Shown piece after piece: positions 1 through 8,674 of a stretch of 64,000 nucleotides of DNA. The notes beneath the pieces were generated by a model. The model had not been told where the DNA came from and made no database searches. It saw only the letters and a program-made list of their open reading frames with translations. A program made the translations under genes and the position numbers. Source of the stretch: a candidate division WWE3 bacterium GW2011_GWC2_41_23 (GTDB lineage: Bacteria; Patescibacteriota; WWE3; UBA101185; UBA10185); assembly GCA_000996895.1 (NCBI GenBank), contig LCBB01000001.1, positions 2,542-66,541 of the forward strand, given 5' to 3'. Within the stretch, counting starts at the first letter, position 1. Every line of letters starts with the position of its first letter.

Positions 1-20
1 AATGCTTATATTTTATCAAC

Positions 21-659
21 ATGACTTCTAATGAATACGAAAAGCAGAAAAAGTTATTGATAGAAACTTTCAATAAATTATCTTCTTCTTATAAAAACCT
101 ATTTACATCCGATTCCACTCAAAGAGCTAAAGTACAGTCTCTGGTCAATTCTTGGAACATACAAAGAGGCTCAAAAGTACTAGAAATAGGTGGTGGGATT
201 GGCGATTTATCACCATACTTACTAAGAAAAATAGGAACAGAAGGAGAACTTTTTTTTCTAGATATTTCTCCCAAGATGGTTGTGAAAGCAAGAGAAAGAT
301 TGTATGGATACAATAACATACGATTTTTTTGCGGCGATATTACTAGTGCTACCTTTTCAGATTCCTTTGACAGTATTGTAGTTTTTAATACTTTCCCTCA
401 CTTTCTCAATAAGCAAAAAGCATTTTCTAATATGTATAAATTACTTAGAAAGGGCGGCAATTTAGTAATTTCTCACAATAATAGCAGATGGGGAATAGTG
501 GGTCATCATAAAAGAAAAGAATTTAGCTCTTTGGTTTCTGATTTTCCTGAGGATTCTGTCGTTTTTGAGTTATTAACCAAAGTGGGTTTCGACATCGAAG
601 TATTCGAAAATAACGAGGGGTATGATTATTATTTGGTGACGGCAAAGAAAAATACCTAA
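21..659 (+). CDS. Class I SAM-dependent methyltransferase
   Basis: VLEIGGGIG motif I, LDIS, GD, FDSIV, LRKGGNLVI. Confidence 0.85.
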   Translation: MTSNEYEKQKKLLIETFNKLSSSYKNLFTSDSTQRAKVQSLVNSWNIQRGSKVLEIGGGIGDLSPYLLRKIGTEGELFFLDISPKMVVKARERLYGYNNIRFFCGDITSATFSDSFDSIVVFNTFPHFLNKQKAFSNMYKLLRKGGNLVISHNNSRWGIVGHHKRKEFSSLVSDFPEDSVVFELLTKVGFDIEVFENNEGYDYYLVTAKKNT

Positions 660-688
660 TCCATTAAAGTGGATTCCTCCAGGATATA

Positions 689-712
689 CGGCTGAGCATC
701 TCGGTCTAGAAC
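689..712 (+). repeat. Hairpin repeat class B, copy 1 (CGGCTGAGCATCTCGGTCTAGAAC)
   Basis: Matches copies at 1315 and 5237; stem GGCTGA/TCGGTC. Confidence 0.75.
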
Positions 713-810
713 GCAACAAATTCTTTTATGTCTAAGGTACTGGTGCATAGCCAGATGCTCATATAACACTGCTGTTGTAATGTCTAGGCATATATATTAG
801 AATTATATAT

Positions 811-1143
811 ATGACTATTTTAGAAATATGGTCTTTACAGAAAATATCGATGCAAGTGCTAAGTACAATATTTTTTCTTTTAATAATATTTTTTTCGTAT
901 CAGGTACACACAAAGAAAAGGGGAAAGGTATACACGGCGCTTTGGATATCAATAACATATGTATCATATCTACTCTTTCTCATAGTCCCGTCTATAGTAA
1001 TGCAAAGCATATTAACAGATCCACCGAAGATGTTGCCATTCAACCATTTATTGTTATTTATTCTTTTACTCACTCCTTTAGTTGTTATCTGGCTTATATA
1101 CTTTTTAATTAGATTATCGAAGAAGAAAGGTCAGCAAAATTAG
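811..1143 (+). CDS. Hypothetical membrane protein (about 3 TM)
   Basis: 110-aa ORF with three hydrophobic segments. Confidence 0.6.
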   Translation: MTILEIWSLQKISMQVLSTIFFLLIIFFSYQVHTKKRGKVYTALWISITYVSYLLFLIVPSIVMQSILTDPPKMLPFNHLLLFILLLTPLVVIWLIYFLIRLSKKKGQQN

Positions 1144-1314
1144 AAGTTTTAAGTAAACCGATTGCGTTTAGACCTATTTTCAGTAGCATGTTTTTCAACT
1201 CCTTGATTCTGTTTGGAATTGCTGTTTCTTGTTTACATTAATAAGCTATAGATTTTGTTCGAATCTATCTTTTTCAAAGAGGGTTTTTTACATAGTGGTC
1301 ACTTGCGTGGCCAT

Positions 1315-1358
1315 TCTGGCCGAGCATGTCGGCCTAGAACAATACTCTTCTCTAGGCT
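1315..1358 (+). repeat. Hairpin repeat class B, copy 2
   Basis: TCTGGCCGAGCATGTCGGCCTAGAACAATACTCTTCTCTAGGCT; 35/44 identical to 5237-5280. Confidence 0.85.
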
Positions 1359-1446
1359 TCAAGTGAGACAGACGAAACAGTACAAGATAAAAAACTAAAA
1401 GTGGTAAGCATCGCCAATAAGGTTTTTGATGGTAGTTAGTCGAGAT

Positions 1447-2376
1447 ATGGATATTATAAAGGTTGAAAATTTAACTAAGGAATTTAATAGTTTCAAGGCA
1501 GTAGATAACATATCCTTTGATATAAAAGAGGGTGAGATATTCGGACTTCTTGGTCCAAATGGGGCGGGTAAGACAACTACAATTAGGATTTTAACCGGAA
1601 TTTTAAAGCCAACTAAGGGCAGTGTAAAAATAGATAAATATGATATTCAAAATAAACCTCTAGACGCAAAACAATTAATGGGAATTGTTCCAGAGACAGC
1701 AGATGCTTATCCAGACCTATCTGCTTATAAGAACCTATTTTTTATTGGGGAACTGTACGGATTACAAAGAGGAAACATAGTTAAAAAAGCAAATAAGCTT
1801 CTAGAATTATTTGAATTAAAAGAGAAAATACATAATAAAGTTAAAACATTTTCAAAAGGAATGCGTCAAAGGTTGGTTTTAGCAATGGCTTTAATGAATG
1901 AATCAAAAATACTTATTTTAGATGAGCCTACTAGTGGATTAGATGTGAAAAGTGCGAGATTAATAAAAACTTTAATTAAAAAATTTAATCAAGAGAGTAA
2001 AACCATTCTTCTAACTACTCATAATATTGAAGACGCTAATCAGCTTTGTGATAGGGTGGCAATTATGAATTACGGAAAAATTGTAGCTATTGATAGCCCA
2101 GAAAAACTTAAAGATGTAATTCAGAGTTTATCTTCGGTTGAAGTTTCCTTTGAAAAACCCACTGATATTAAAGATTTTAAATTTGTTGATATAACTAAAA
2201 CAGTAAAAGAAGGTGATAAAATAAAGTTTTATACTAAAAATCCGGAAGGAGTATTGTTTTCTTTAGTTGACTATGCTAAATCATCAGGTAATAAAATTAT
2301 ATCTTTAAATACCTTGAAACCAACTCTTGAAGATGTATTTGTAAAATTGACAGAAAATAAAAATGATAATTCTTGA
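1447..2376 (+). CDS. ABC-2 (DrrA-like) exporter ATP-binding protein
   Basis: GPNGAGKTT, FSKGMRQR, ILDEPT, C-terminal TLEDVF; start placed at MDIIKV. Confidence 0.92.
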   Translation: MDIIKVENLTKEFNSFKAVDNISFDIKEGEIFGLLGPNGAGKTTTIRILTGILKPTKGSVKIDKYDIQNKPLDAKQLMGIVPETADAYPDLSAYKNLFFIGELYGLQRGNIVKKANKLLELFELKEKIHNKVKTFSKGMRQRLVLAMALMNESKILILDEPTSGLDVKSARLIKTLIKKFNQESKTILLTTHNIEDANQLCDRVAIMNYGKIVAIDSPEKLKDVIQSLSSVEVSFEKPTDIKDFKFVDITKTVKEGDKIKFYTKNPEGVLFSLVDYAKSSGNKIISLNTLKPTLEDVFVKLTENKNDNS

Positions 2377-3104
2377 ACAACTAAAACGTTCGTGGGCAAT
2401 TACAAAAAAGAATCTTACGGTATCTTTTTTAAGAGGCCCTGTTATTGTATTTGGTATAGTAATGCCTGCTTTTTTATTTGTTTCTTTTTCTTTAAAAAGA
2501 CAAATATCTATTGAATCATTAATTCCTGGTCTTTTGGGGATGAGCCTTTTTTTCACAGTTTCGTCAATTACGCCAGGAATAATGCCTTGGGAAACTAAGA
2601 TGAAAACCTTAGAAAGGATAATCTCGTCTCCAGTAAAGTTGTGGGCAATCATTTTAGGAGATGTGCTTTCTTCTTTTATATATGGCATTTTAATTACAAT
2701 ACCTATATTTTTTGTAAGTTCTTTGTTTTTAGGAAAGTTAATTATTAATATTCCGATATTTTTAGCTACAATATTGGCCGCTTTTTGTTTCTCCTCCTTG
2801 GGAGAGCTTATTTCCTCAATACCTACCGATAACCCTTCAAATGCAATGATGTTGTCAACTTTAATAAAATTTCCATTAATTTTTATAAGTGGAATTTTTA
2901 TTCCCCTCACTGAAATGGGGAGTTTAAGAATTGTTTCTTTTTTCTCCCCCCCCAACCTACTACACAGATTTATTAAGAGGGTACATAGAAAATAAGAGTT
3001 ATTTTAACGCAACAACAAATCTTTTAGTACTTCTCATCTTTTCAGTTGCCTTTTTTTCATTAGCTATTATCCTACATAAAAGAAGTATGCCAAAAAGGTT
3101 CTAA
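2363..3104 (+). pseudogene. ABC-2 permease frameshifted at a C8 tract (2946-2953)
   Basis: ORF stops at 2995; removing one C restores ...FSPPTYYTDLL...LAIILHKRSMPKRF* ending at 3104 with the last TM helix. Confidence 0.8.
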
Positions 3105-3149
3105 TCTTGATTTTTAATCTAAATCCACTTAATCAATTGCATTCCATTT

Positions 3150-3178
3150 TGGCTGGGTACAAGGGATGAAGTTCTAAC
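3150..3178 (+). repeat. att-like site class A, copy 1 (TGGCT-N17-TTCTAAC)
   Basis: Shares TTGGCTGGG with the recombinase/tRNA junction; gene orientation flips here. Confidence 0.75.
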
Positions 3179-3225
3179 ATTTTGTGAACACTTGCGTGTG
3201 TCTGCTACATTTCAAACGCAATATT

Positions 3226-3708
3226 CTAACTGGGAGAAAATTCTAAAAAATCTTTTAGGATTGTGTTCTGCCTTCCCCCACACTTGTCGTTTATTTCAGC
3301 TTGAGAGTGCTTCTCATCTCCATATGCAACTATTTCTTTAACTTCAGTTGTAGAGCAAGGGTGCTCACCTTTATTTCCGTAGTAAAATTTCTTCCCTACT
3401 TCAATTTCCTGATAGCGTGTTATTCCAGAATCTAGGGGCGTTTCTATATCACTTCTACCATCTTTAATTATGGTCGTACCGTCGGGACCTACCCTAATGC
3501 CGTATATATTATCGGATACCGTCCTAAAAAGAACTCGTGTGTAAACTACGGAGCCTGGAGATTTGGTGGACATGCCTAAAAGTCTTCCTATCTCAAATTT
3601 ATCGCCCGCTCTATTTGTTTCATTTGCAAGTCTTCCCCCTCCAATATCTACCGGACCACGATGCTCCTCTGCTTCAAAAGATTCGTTTGGGTTTAATGTT
3701 TTGTTCAT
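3226..3708 (-). CDS. Hypothetical protein
   Basis: 160-aa ORF between two class A sites. Confidence 0.75.
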   Translation of the reverse strand: MNKTLNPNESFEAEEHRGPVDIGGGRLANETNRAGDKFEIGRLLGMSTKSPGSVVYTRVLFRTVSDNIYGIRVGPDGTTIIKDGRSDIETPLDSGITRYQEIEVGKKFYYGNKGEHPCSTTEVKEIVAYGDEKHSQAEINDKCGGRQNTILKDFLEFSPS

Positions 3709-3746
3709 TATTAAAACTATAACATCAAAATACTATAAATACCTCT

Positions 3747-3775
3747 TGGCTGGCCATTAGGGTCCAAGTTCGAAC
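3747..3775 (+). repeat. att-like site class A, copy 2 (TGGCT-N17-TTCGAAC)
   Basis: CCTCTTGGCTGG (3742-3753) is identical to 12341-12352. Confidence 0.8.
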
Positions 3776-3780
3776 TGTTG

Positions 3781-3882
3781 TTATGATAATAATAGGTTAA
3801 GAGCTACATAGCAGAAGTCTGGCTTAGGAAGTGCTGAAGCTTCTTCTACATTTGGTTCGTTAGGGAACTTTTCTGGACTCAT
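3781..3882 (-). CDS. 33-aa ORF (MSPEKFPNEP...), possibly a truncated gene
   Basis: Translated by hand; starts 7 bp after the upstream stop and ends 5 bp from a class A site. Confidence 0.35.
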   Translation of the reverse strand: MSPEKFPNEPNVEEASALPKPDFCYVALNLLLS

Positions 3883-3889
3883 TATATAA

Positions 3890-4684
3890 TTAGTCTAAAA
3901 AGGTGAAGGATTTTGCAATTTCTTCAGTGATATTTCTTAAAATCTTCTCATCTTCAGCTGGGATTTGTTCTGGGAAAGAATAGAGAGATAAGTATATGGC
4001 CATATCTCTATTTTCCCACTCATCTCCTAAATAATAGATTACCCCATAACCAACGTAAGGGACGCCTGTATACTGCAACTCTGCTTTCATGATTTTATAT
4101 ACTCCGCCTTCTACATCGGATCGTGTTACACCCGATTGCATGGGGCTAAACTCACCCTTCAACTGACTACGGGATATCTCTATATTTACTGGTTGGACGT
4201 ATTTATATTCAAGTGGTTCTCTTTGAATCCAAATAGTTCCATTAATGGTTCCACTATCCCTCAAGTAAAGTTCTTTTGGATACTTAAAACTAATATTTCT
4301 TACCTCATCGTAAGCATAGTCAAATTTTGTCTCATATAACACCCACGTGCTTACATCCATATTTATATCTTTTACAGCCGTCTTTGTACTTTGTGTTTCC
4401 TTTTGTACATTTGGAGCATTAATTAACTCATTTGAAACTTCATATATATTTTCCATGCTAGTATCTTTGTTGGCATTACTAATATTTGAGGCGTTTCTAC
4501 TTATGGAATCGGTTATAACCTTCTGGGAATTGGTTACAAATTTTTGATAAAGAATACCCAAGATAAAGCCAATAAATGGAAGTGTTATTAGAAGAATCAA
4601 TGCTAAAGTTTTAGACAAGCGAGTAACAGTAGTAAAAGGATTTGGTTTTGGAGTAATTGTTGTAGACTGATTGGTATCTTCCAT
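3890..4684 (-). CDS. Membrane-anchored hypothetical protein
   Basis: N-terminal TTVTRLSKTLALILLITLPFIGFILG anchor followed by a soluble domain. Confidence 0.8.
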   Translation of the reverse strand: MEDTNQSTTITPKPNPFTTVTRLSKTLALILLITLPFIGFILGILYQKFVTNSQKVITDSISRNASNISNANKDTSMENIYEVSNELINAPNVQKETQSTKTAVKDINMDVSTWVLYETKFDYAYDEVRNISFKYPKELYLRDSGTINGTIWIQREPLEYKYVQPVNIEISRSQLKGEFSPMQSGVTRSDVEGGVYKIMKAELQYTGVPYVGYGVIYYLGDEWENRDMAIYLSLYSFPEQIPAEDEKILRNITEEIAKSFTFLD

Positions 4685-4746
4685 ATAAGTTAAGCTTAGC
4701 TAAATAATTCATTGGCGTCAATGTGTTGATATGACAACAAAAACCT

Positions 4747-4775
4747 TGGCTGTCCGCGTGGGAGTTAGTTGGAAC
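4747..4775 (+). repeat. att-like site class A, copy 3 (TGGCT-N17-TTGGAAC)
   Basis: Same spacing; contains the stop codon of the adjacent minus-strand gene. Confidence 0.7.
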
Positions 4776-5202
4776 TTTTAACCTTTAAAAACTGATCCAT
4801 CAATTGAATATCCGCTAAATCTTTTTCACGGCCTAATGCTTTTTTAAACCCACGAAGAGTAAGTAAGTTAACGTAAGAATGGCCATCAATAATATCCGCG
4901 TTTTTTATTTGATTTTCCACTGCACATATTTTGGGATTAGCAAAATGAGAACCAAACCCTAATAAAGTTATATTACCAATCTGTATGGTTTCAAATCTTT
5001 CGCTTCTAACAGGATACATATTTTTGTACTTATTCCATATTTCTGGAAGAACTAATATATCTATGTCGTGTGGTTCTCTTAGATTTCTTACTGCTAATGG
5101 ACCTGACCCTGTAATTACGTATTCACCAATATTTAATCCTATTTGATCAAATTCATTTAATAGTGTGGATATGCTCACATAGCTAGTATAACGTAGTTCC
5201 AA
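4765..5202 (-). CDS. Nucleotidyltransferase-fold protein (start uncertain)
   Basis: ITGSGPL...PHDIDIL (GS + DxD) and C-terminal REKDLAD. Confidence 0.7.
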   Translation of the reverse strand: MELRYTSYVSISTLLNEFDQIGLNIGEYVITGSGPLAVRNLREPHDIDILVLPEIWNKYKNMYPVRSERFETIQIGNITLLGFGSHFANPKICAVENQIKNADIIDGHSYVNLLTLRGFKKALGREKDLADIQLMDQFLKVKSSN

Positions 5203-5236
5203 AGCTTGGGTAGTACTGCAGATTTAAATGTAACAA

Positions 5237-5280
5237 TCTGACTGAGCATGTCAGTCTAGAACAATTACGTTCTCCAGGCT
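5237..5280 (+). repeat. Hairpin repeat class B, copy 3
   Basis: TCTGACTGAGCATGTCAGTCTAGAACAATTACGTTCTCCAGGCT; compensatory changes relative to copy 2. Confidence 0.85.
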
Positions 5281-5283
5281 ATT

Positions 5284-5312
5284 TGGCTGGCGGTATTGTA
5301 CACGATTTGAAT
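5284..5312 (+). repeat. att-like site class A, copy 4 (TGGCT-N17-TTTGAAT)
   Basis: Same spacing; 21/24 identical to 6068-6091. Confidence 0.75.
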
Positions 5313-5317
5313 CAGAA

Positions 5318-5749
5318 TCACCCCTTTTCACTAAATGGTTTATAGGGAATGTAGGATCTAATACTCAGGCCGTATTTTTGTATTAAGTTCTTATCCAAAA
5401 ACTTACTCTTCATGTATATGTCTCTAATGTTCTGCATAAGAATTTTCTGTTTATTACCTATGCTTGTCTGATCTGGAAATTTTTTTTCATCAGTAATATT
5501 ATGAACAAGATCGTTTCTATTGCTACTTAGTTCGTTAAGTAGTGTTGCTTCTGATTTACTGATCTCTTCTTTTAATAGAAGAGTCAAGATTGCTGAGCTA
5601 AAAGTGTCACGTCCCGTGTGTTTTCTTACAATACCTTCAACTATGAATGCATGAACGAGCACATTTCGTAATTGGCTACTTCGTTTACCTGTTAGTATTT
5701 CTTCTTTAAACTCGTTTTTAATCCACCTGGGATTACTCATATTTGTCAT
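5318..5749 (-). CDS. HEPN-like protein
   Basis: RNDLVH (Rx4H) motif in a small helical protein, with upstream HAFIVE. Confidence 0.65.
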   Translation of the reverse strand: MTNMSNPRWIKNEFKEEILTGKRSSQLRNVLVHAFIVEGIVRKHTGRDTFSSAILTLLLKEEISKSEATLLNELSSNRNDLVHNITDEKKFPDQTSIGNKQKILMQNIRDIYMKSKFLDKNLIQKYGLSIRSYIPYKPFSEKG

Positions 5750-5783
5750 GTGATTTATTTACAAAGCAAGAATATCAAGTTAT

Positions 5784-5999
5784 TTAATGAAACCCACCTG
5801 GGTCAGGGTCATACTCTCTGTCATCGTTAAGAACCTTCACTTCTACCTTGTTTCCCGCATCATCCGTAAAGGTTTCTGTTGAATAATACGGCATGTCACT
5901 GTCACTGCTACTCGAGTTTGGTGGGGAGGAAAGTGTACACCCTGTCACAAAAACACTAATAAATGGTAGGAGCGCTATTAATAGTATTCTACTAATCAT
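5784..5999 (-). CDS. Small lipoprotein
   Basis: MISRILLIALLPFISVFVTG-C lipobox; start reassigned to 5999. Confidence 0.6.
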   Translation of the reverse strand: MISRILLIALLPFISVFVTGCTLSSPPNSSSSDSDMPYYSTETFTDDAGNKVEVKVLNDDREYDPDPGGFH

Positions 6000-6063
6000 T
6001 TCTAGCTCAACTATACCTTCAAAAAAACTTAAAGTACAATTGTAAACGGGTAATTTGAGTAAG

Positions 6064-6092
6064 AACTTGGCGGTCTTGTACGCCATTTGAAA
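6064..6092 (+). repeat. att-like site class A, copy 5 (degenerate left side)
   Basis: TGGCGGTCTTGTACGCCATTTGAA matches copy 4; has AACTT in place of TGGCT. Confidence 0.65.
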
Positions 6093-6113
6093 TGTTTTAC
6101 CCTGGTAAACTTA

Positions 6114-8498
6114 TCAAGCGATATGGTTATCTAATATGTCTTGGACAAAATCAATGCCCTTACTAATTGTGTTGTAATTTGTATTTGCCAAACTCCAAGC
6201 ATGAGAATCTTGCTGAGAAATATCTAAAATACTTCTTAATTTGTCGGTGTTTTCATCAGGTAGCCCTACTGAATTTGCCTTGTCGAATAGTCCTTTTATG
6301 CCTAAATTCTTTTGAACATTCTTCGCAATATTAAATGGAATAGAGTTGTACATCAAATATTCTATACACACAGATTCCATCGCCTTTCTTAACTCACCTC
6401 CTGCTGTCTCTAAAGATGTTATATCACCAAGTAAAAGCATATCTTTACAAACTTTGAGGTGTCTTTCAGTATCTCTATAGCCTATTAATTCAATTTTGGG
6501 TCCCTTTTCATCGTTATTATAAAAGTGGTATATTGCTGGTTTGGTGCTATAAAACCTTCCTTTTAACTTTAGATAGAATTCTTTGGAATGTGTCATGATA
6601 ATTAATTGTTTACGTTGCTGAATTTCAACAAGTACTTCCAATAGTGACTGGGAATGATTGTCATCCATTGATTGAACGGGGTCGTCTAGAATTACACATT
6701 CCCACGTCGCATTCCTATCTACTCTTTGAGGAAAATAGATACTTAACGCTAGGCTATTTGTGTGTGCTTCGCTAAAGAAAGTAACTGGATTTACTTGCTT
6801 TCCATATGCTTCTGCTTTTAGACTAGCCTGTCTTCTATTCTCTTTAGTCTCTATTCCGAAAAACTGTACTTTATCGCTTGGGTTAAGTTTGTGGTAATAA
6901 TCCTTAATTTCGTCGGCATGTAACGCAAGTAGTGTTTCAATCTCCTTTTTTTCAAACTCCTCAAGATCTGTTTGTATCAGGTCTATTTCTAATAGTAGTT
7001 TGTGCCGTGTAATAAATTCAGCAGAGTTGTTTAAAAACTTCGATACCTTTTCGATATAAAACCACTTTTTAAATGTGTTCTGATCAACGTCTTTCTCAAG
7101 AGATATAGCTTTTCCTATGCCCTCTTTAAGAGATTCCCAAGCGCTATTTATATCTTCAAAATGTTGTTTTATAGAATTTACAAGGTTATCAATATTTATC
7201 TCAAGCACTACATCGGTATTTTTATGAAAATATTTTTGTTCAACGTACACGCGATAAGATTCCCAGCTTTCCTTTAATGTTTGGGCTAGTCGCGCGGTAT
7301 CTGTATCTACTTTAGTTTGAAGTTGTTGAGTTGCTATAGCTAGATCTTCCAACCCAGTTTCCTTGAGTTTAATTGCAACTGCAGCCAGTTCAGTTTCATT
7401 AGGTAAGTACGTCTTACACGAAATTTCAAAATTACTTAGCCACAAACTTATTTCATCAGTCTGTGTTTTTAGGCGTGAGTTTGCAATTTGTATTTCCTCG
7501 TTATCTTTCAATAACTTGCTAATCGAATTTTTTCTTTCCTCGGTATACGTTTCTTCTAAACAAAATGGGCATACTGGGGATTTTCCTAAAACATATCCGA
7601 GGTTTAGGAATTCTAATTCGCTTTTCCCGTAGGATCCGTACGAAACCTTTATTGCTTCACTTGCGAACCCCTCAAAGCCTGTTTTAATATACTCTGCGAA
7701 TTCATCTATTTTAAACCTGTCGGGGTAGCTTATAGATGTTACTCTATTACCTAATTCTGAATTTAATAGAGCTTTAATTTTAGATGATATGGCCGCCGAA
7801 ATTGCTTCGATGTCATGGTTACTAATTGATAAGATCTTCGATAGTTCTAAGTGAAACTCCGCTACATTTAAACTAGACAAACTTTGTGTAAGAGAAATAA
7901 ATTCTGGATACTCAGTTAGCTCGGTAATAAGGGACTCGTATTTTCTTAGGGAGCTTTTGTATTCGTCAGTTTTCTTGTTATTACGAAGAGCCATCAAATC
8001 ATCTCTTGATGTTGATAGTGTATCTTGACCCAAAATACAAGATATCTGTTCCCATCTATCTTTTGGCTCAGCATCAACAAGAGCCTTAATTTCAGTCTGA
8101 GCTAGCATGGGACGAAAATAACTTTCTAGGTTTAAAGCGAGCGAACTAAAATCAGCGACCTCCAAATCGTTTATGTACAGCTTATATTCTCTCGAGATCA
8201 ATTCTTTTTTTAGCTTATACTCTATTCCTCGAATTGTGCCTGTTAACTCTACGAACGGGTTTTCAGATTCTGAGTAGAAGACGTTCTTTAAGTACTCTTC
8301 GTACTGGTATTCTGATTTACAGCGAGAGAGACGTTGCCTAGATATTTGATCAAAAAAAAGCCACTCTAAAGCTTCTGTTAAGCTACTCTTCCCAGAGCCG
8401 TTTTGTCCGTAAACAATAGTTATGTTGTCGTCAAATAATATTGTCTCCTCGGTGTTAAAACCCCGAAAGCCTTTGATAGTTATTTTTTTAAGTTTCAT
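6114..8498 (-). CDS. Rad50/SMC-like ABC ATPase with zinc hook and HEPN-like C-terminus (RloC-like architecture)
   Basis: GQNGSGKS, coiled coil with CPFC, FSEAH, VILDDP, MTHS, then ELRKAME...QQDSH. Confidence 0.75.
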   Translation of the reverse strand: MKLKKITIKGFRGFNTEETILFDDNITIVYGQNGSGKSSLTEALEWLFFDQISRQRLSRCKSEYQYEEYLKNVFYSESENPFVELTGTIRGIEYKLKKELISREYKLYINDLEVADFSSLALNLESYFRPMLAQTEIKALVDAEPKDRWEQISCILGQDTLSTSRDDLMALRNNKKTDEYKSSLRKYESLITELTEYPEFISLTQSLSSLNVAEFHLELSKILSISNHDIEAISAAISSKIKALLNSELGNRVTSISYPDRFKIDEFAEYIKTGFEGFASEAIKVSYGSYGKSELEFLNLGYVLGKSPVCPFCLEETYTEERKNSISKLLKDNEEIQIANSRLKTQTDEISLWLSNFEISCKTYLPNETELAAVAIKLKETGLEDLAIATQQLQTKVDTDTARLAQTLKESWESYRVYVEQKYFHKNTDVVLEINIDNLVNSIKQHFEDINSAWESLKEGIGKAISLEKDVDQNTFKKWFYIEKVSKFLNNSAEFITRHKLLLEIDLIQTDLEEFEKKEIETLLALHADEIKDYYHKLNPSDKVQFFGIETKENRRQASLKAEAYGKQVNPVTFFSEAHTNSLALSIYFPQRVDRNATWECVILDDPVQSMDDNHSQSLLEVLVEIQQRKQLIIMTHSKEFYLKLKGRFYSTKPAIYHFYNNDEKGPKIELIGYRDTERHLKVCKDMLLLGDITSLETAGGELRKAMESVCIEYLMYNSIPFNIAKNVQKNLGIKGLFDKANSVGLPDENTDKLRSILDISQQDSHAWSLANTNYNTISKGIDFVQDILDNHIA

Positions 8499-8643
8499 TT
8501 TTTATTTTCTCCAAAAGCTTATCAAAACTTATGGACAGGGACTCATATTTTCGTGTTTTTATGTACTCTTTTAATAGTTCTTTTTGAACTTCATTTAAGG
8601 TCTCGTAAAATTTTTCTAAGGGTGTACTTATATTAGTTGTCAT
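8488..8643 (-). CDS. 51-aa hypothetical protein overlapping the ATPase start
   Basis: MTTNISTPLEKFY...KIKNET; 11-bp overlap with the downstream gene. Confidence 0.55.
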   Translation of the reverse strand: MTTNISTPLEKFYETLNEVQKELLKEYIKTRKYESLSISFDKLLEKIKNET

Positions 8644-8674
8644 AACGGGATTATAGCAGTTTTTTGGAGATGCG

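Noticed and set aside
4713-4740. Extra class A sites (TGGCGTCAATG...; also near 751 and 1402)
   Set aside because: No TTCGAAC-like motif at the required spacing without invoking indels.
689-6092. CRISPR array or classical integron
   Set aside because: Repeats are degenerate and separated by whole genes; no cas gene, no tyrosine IntI and no RYYYAAC...GTTRRRY attC boxes seen.
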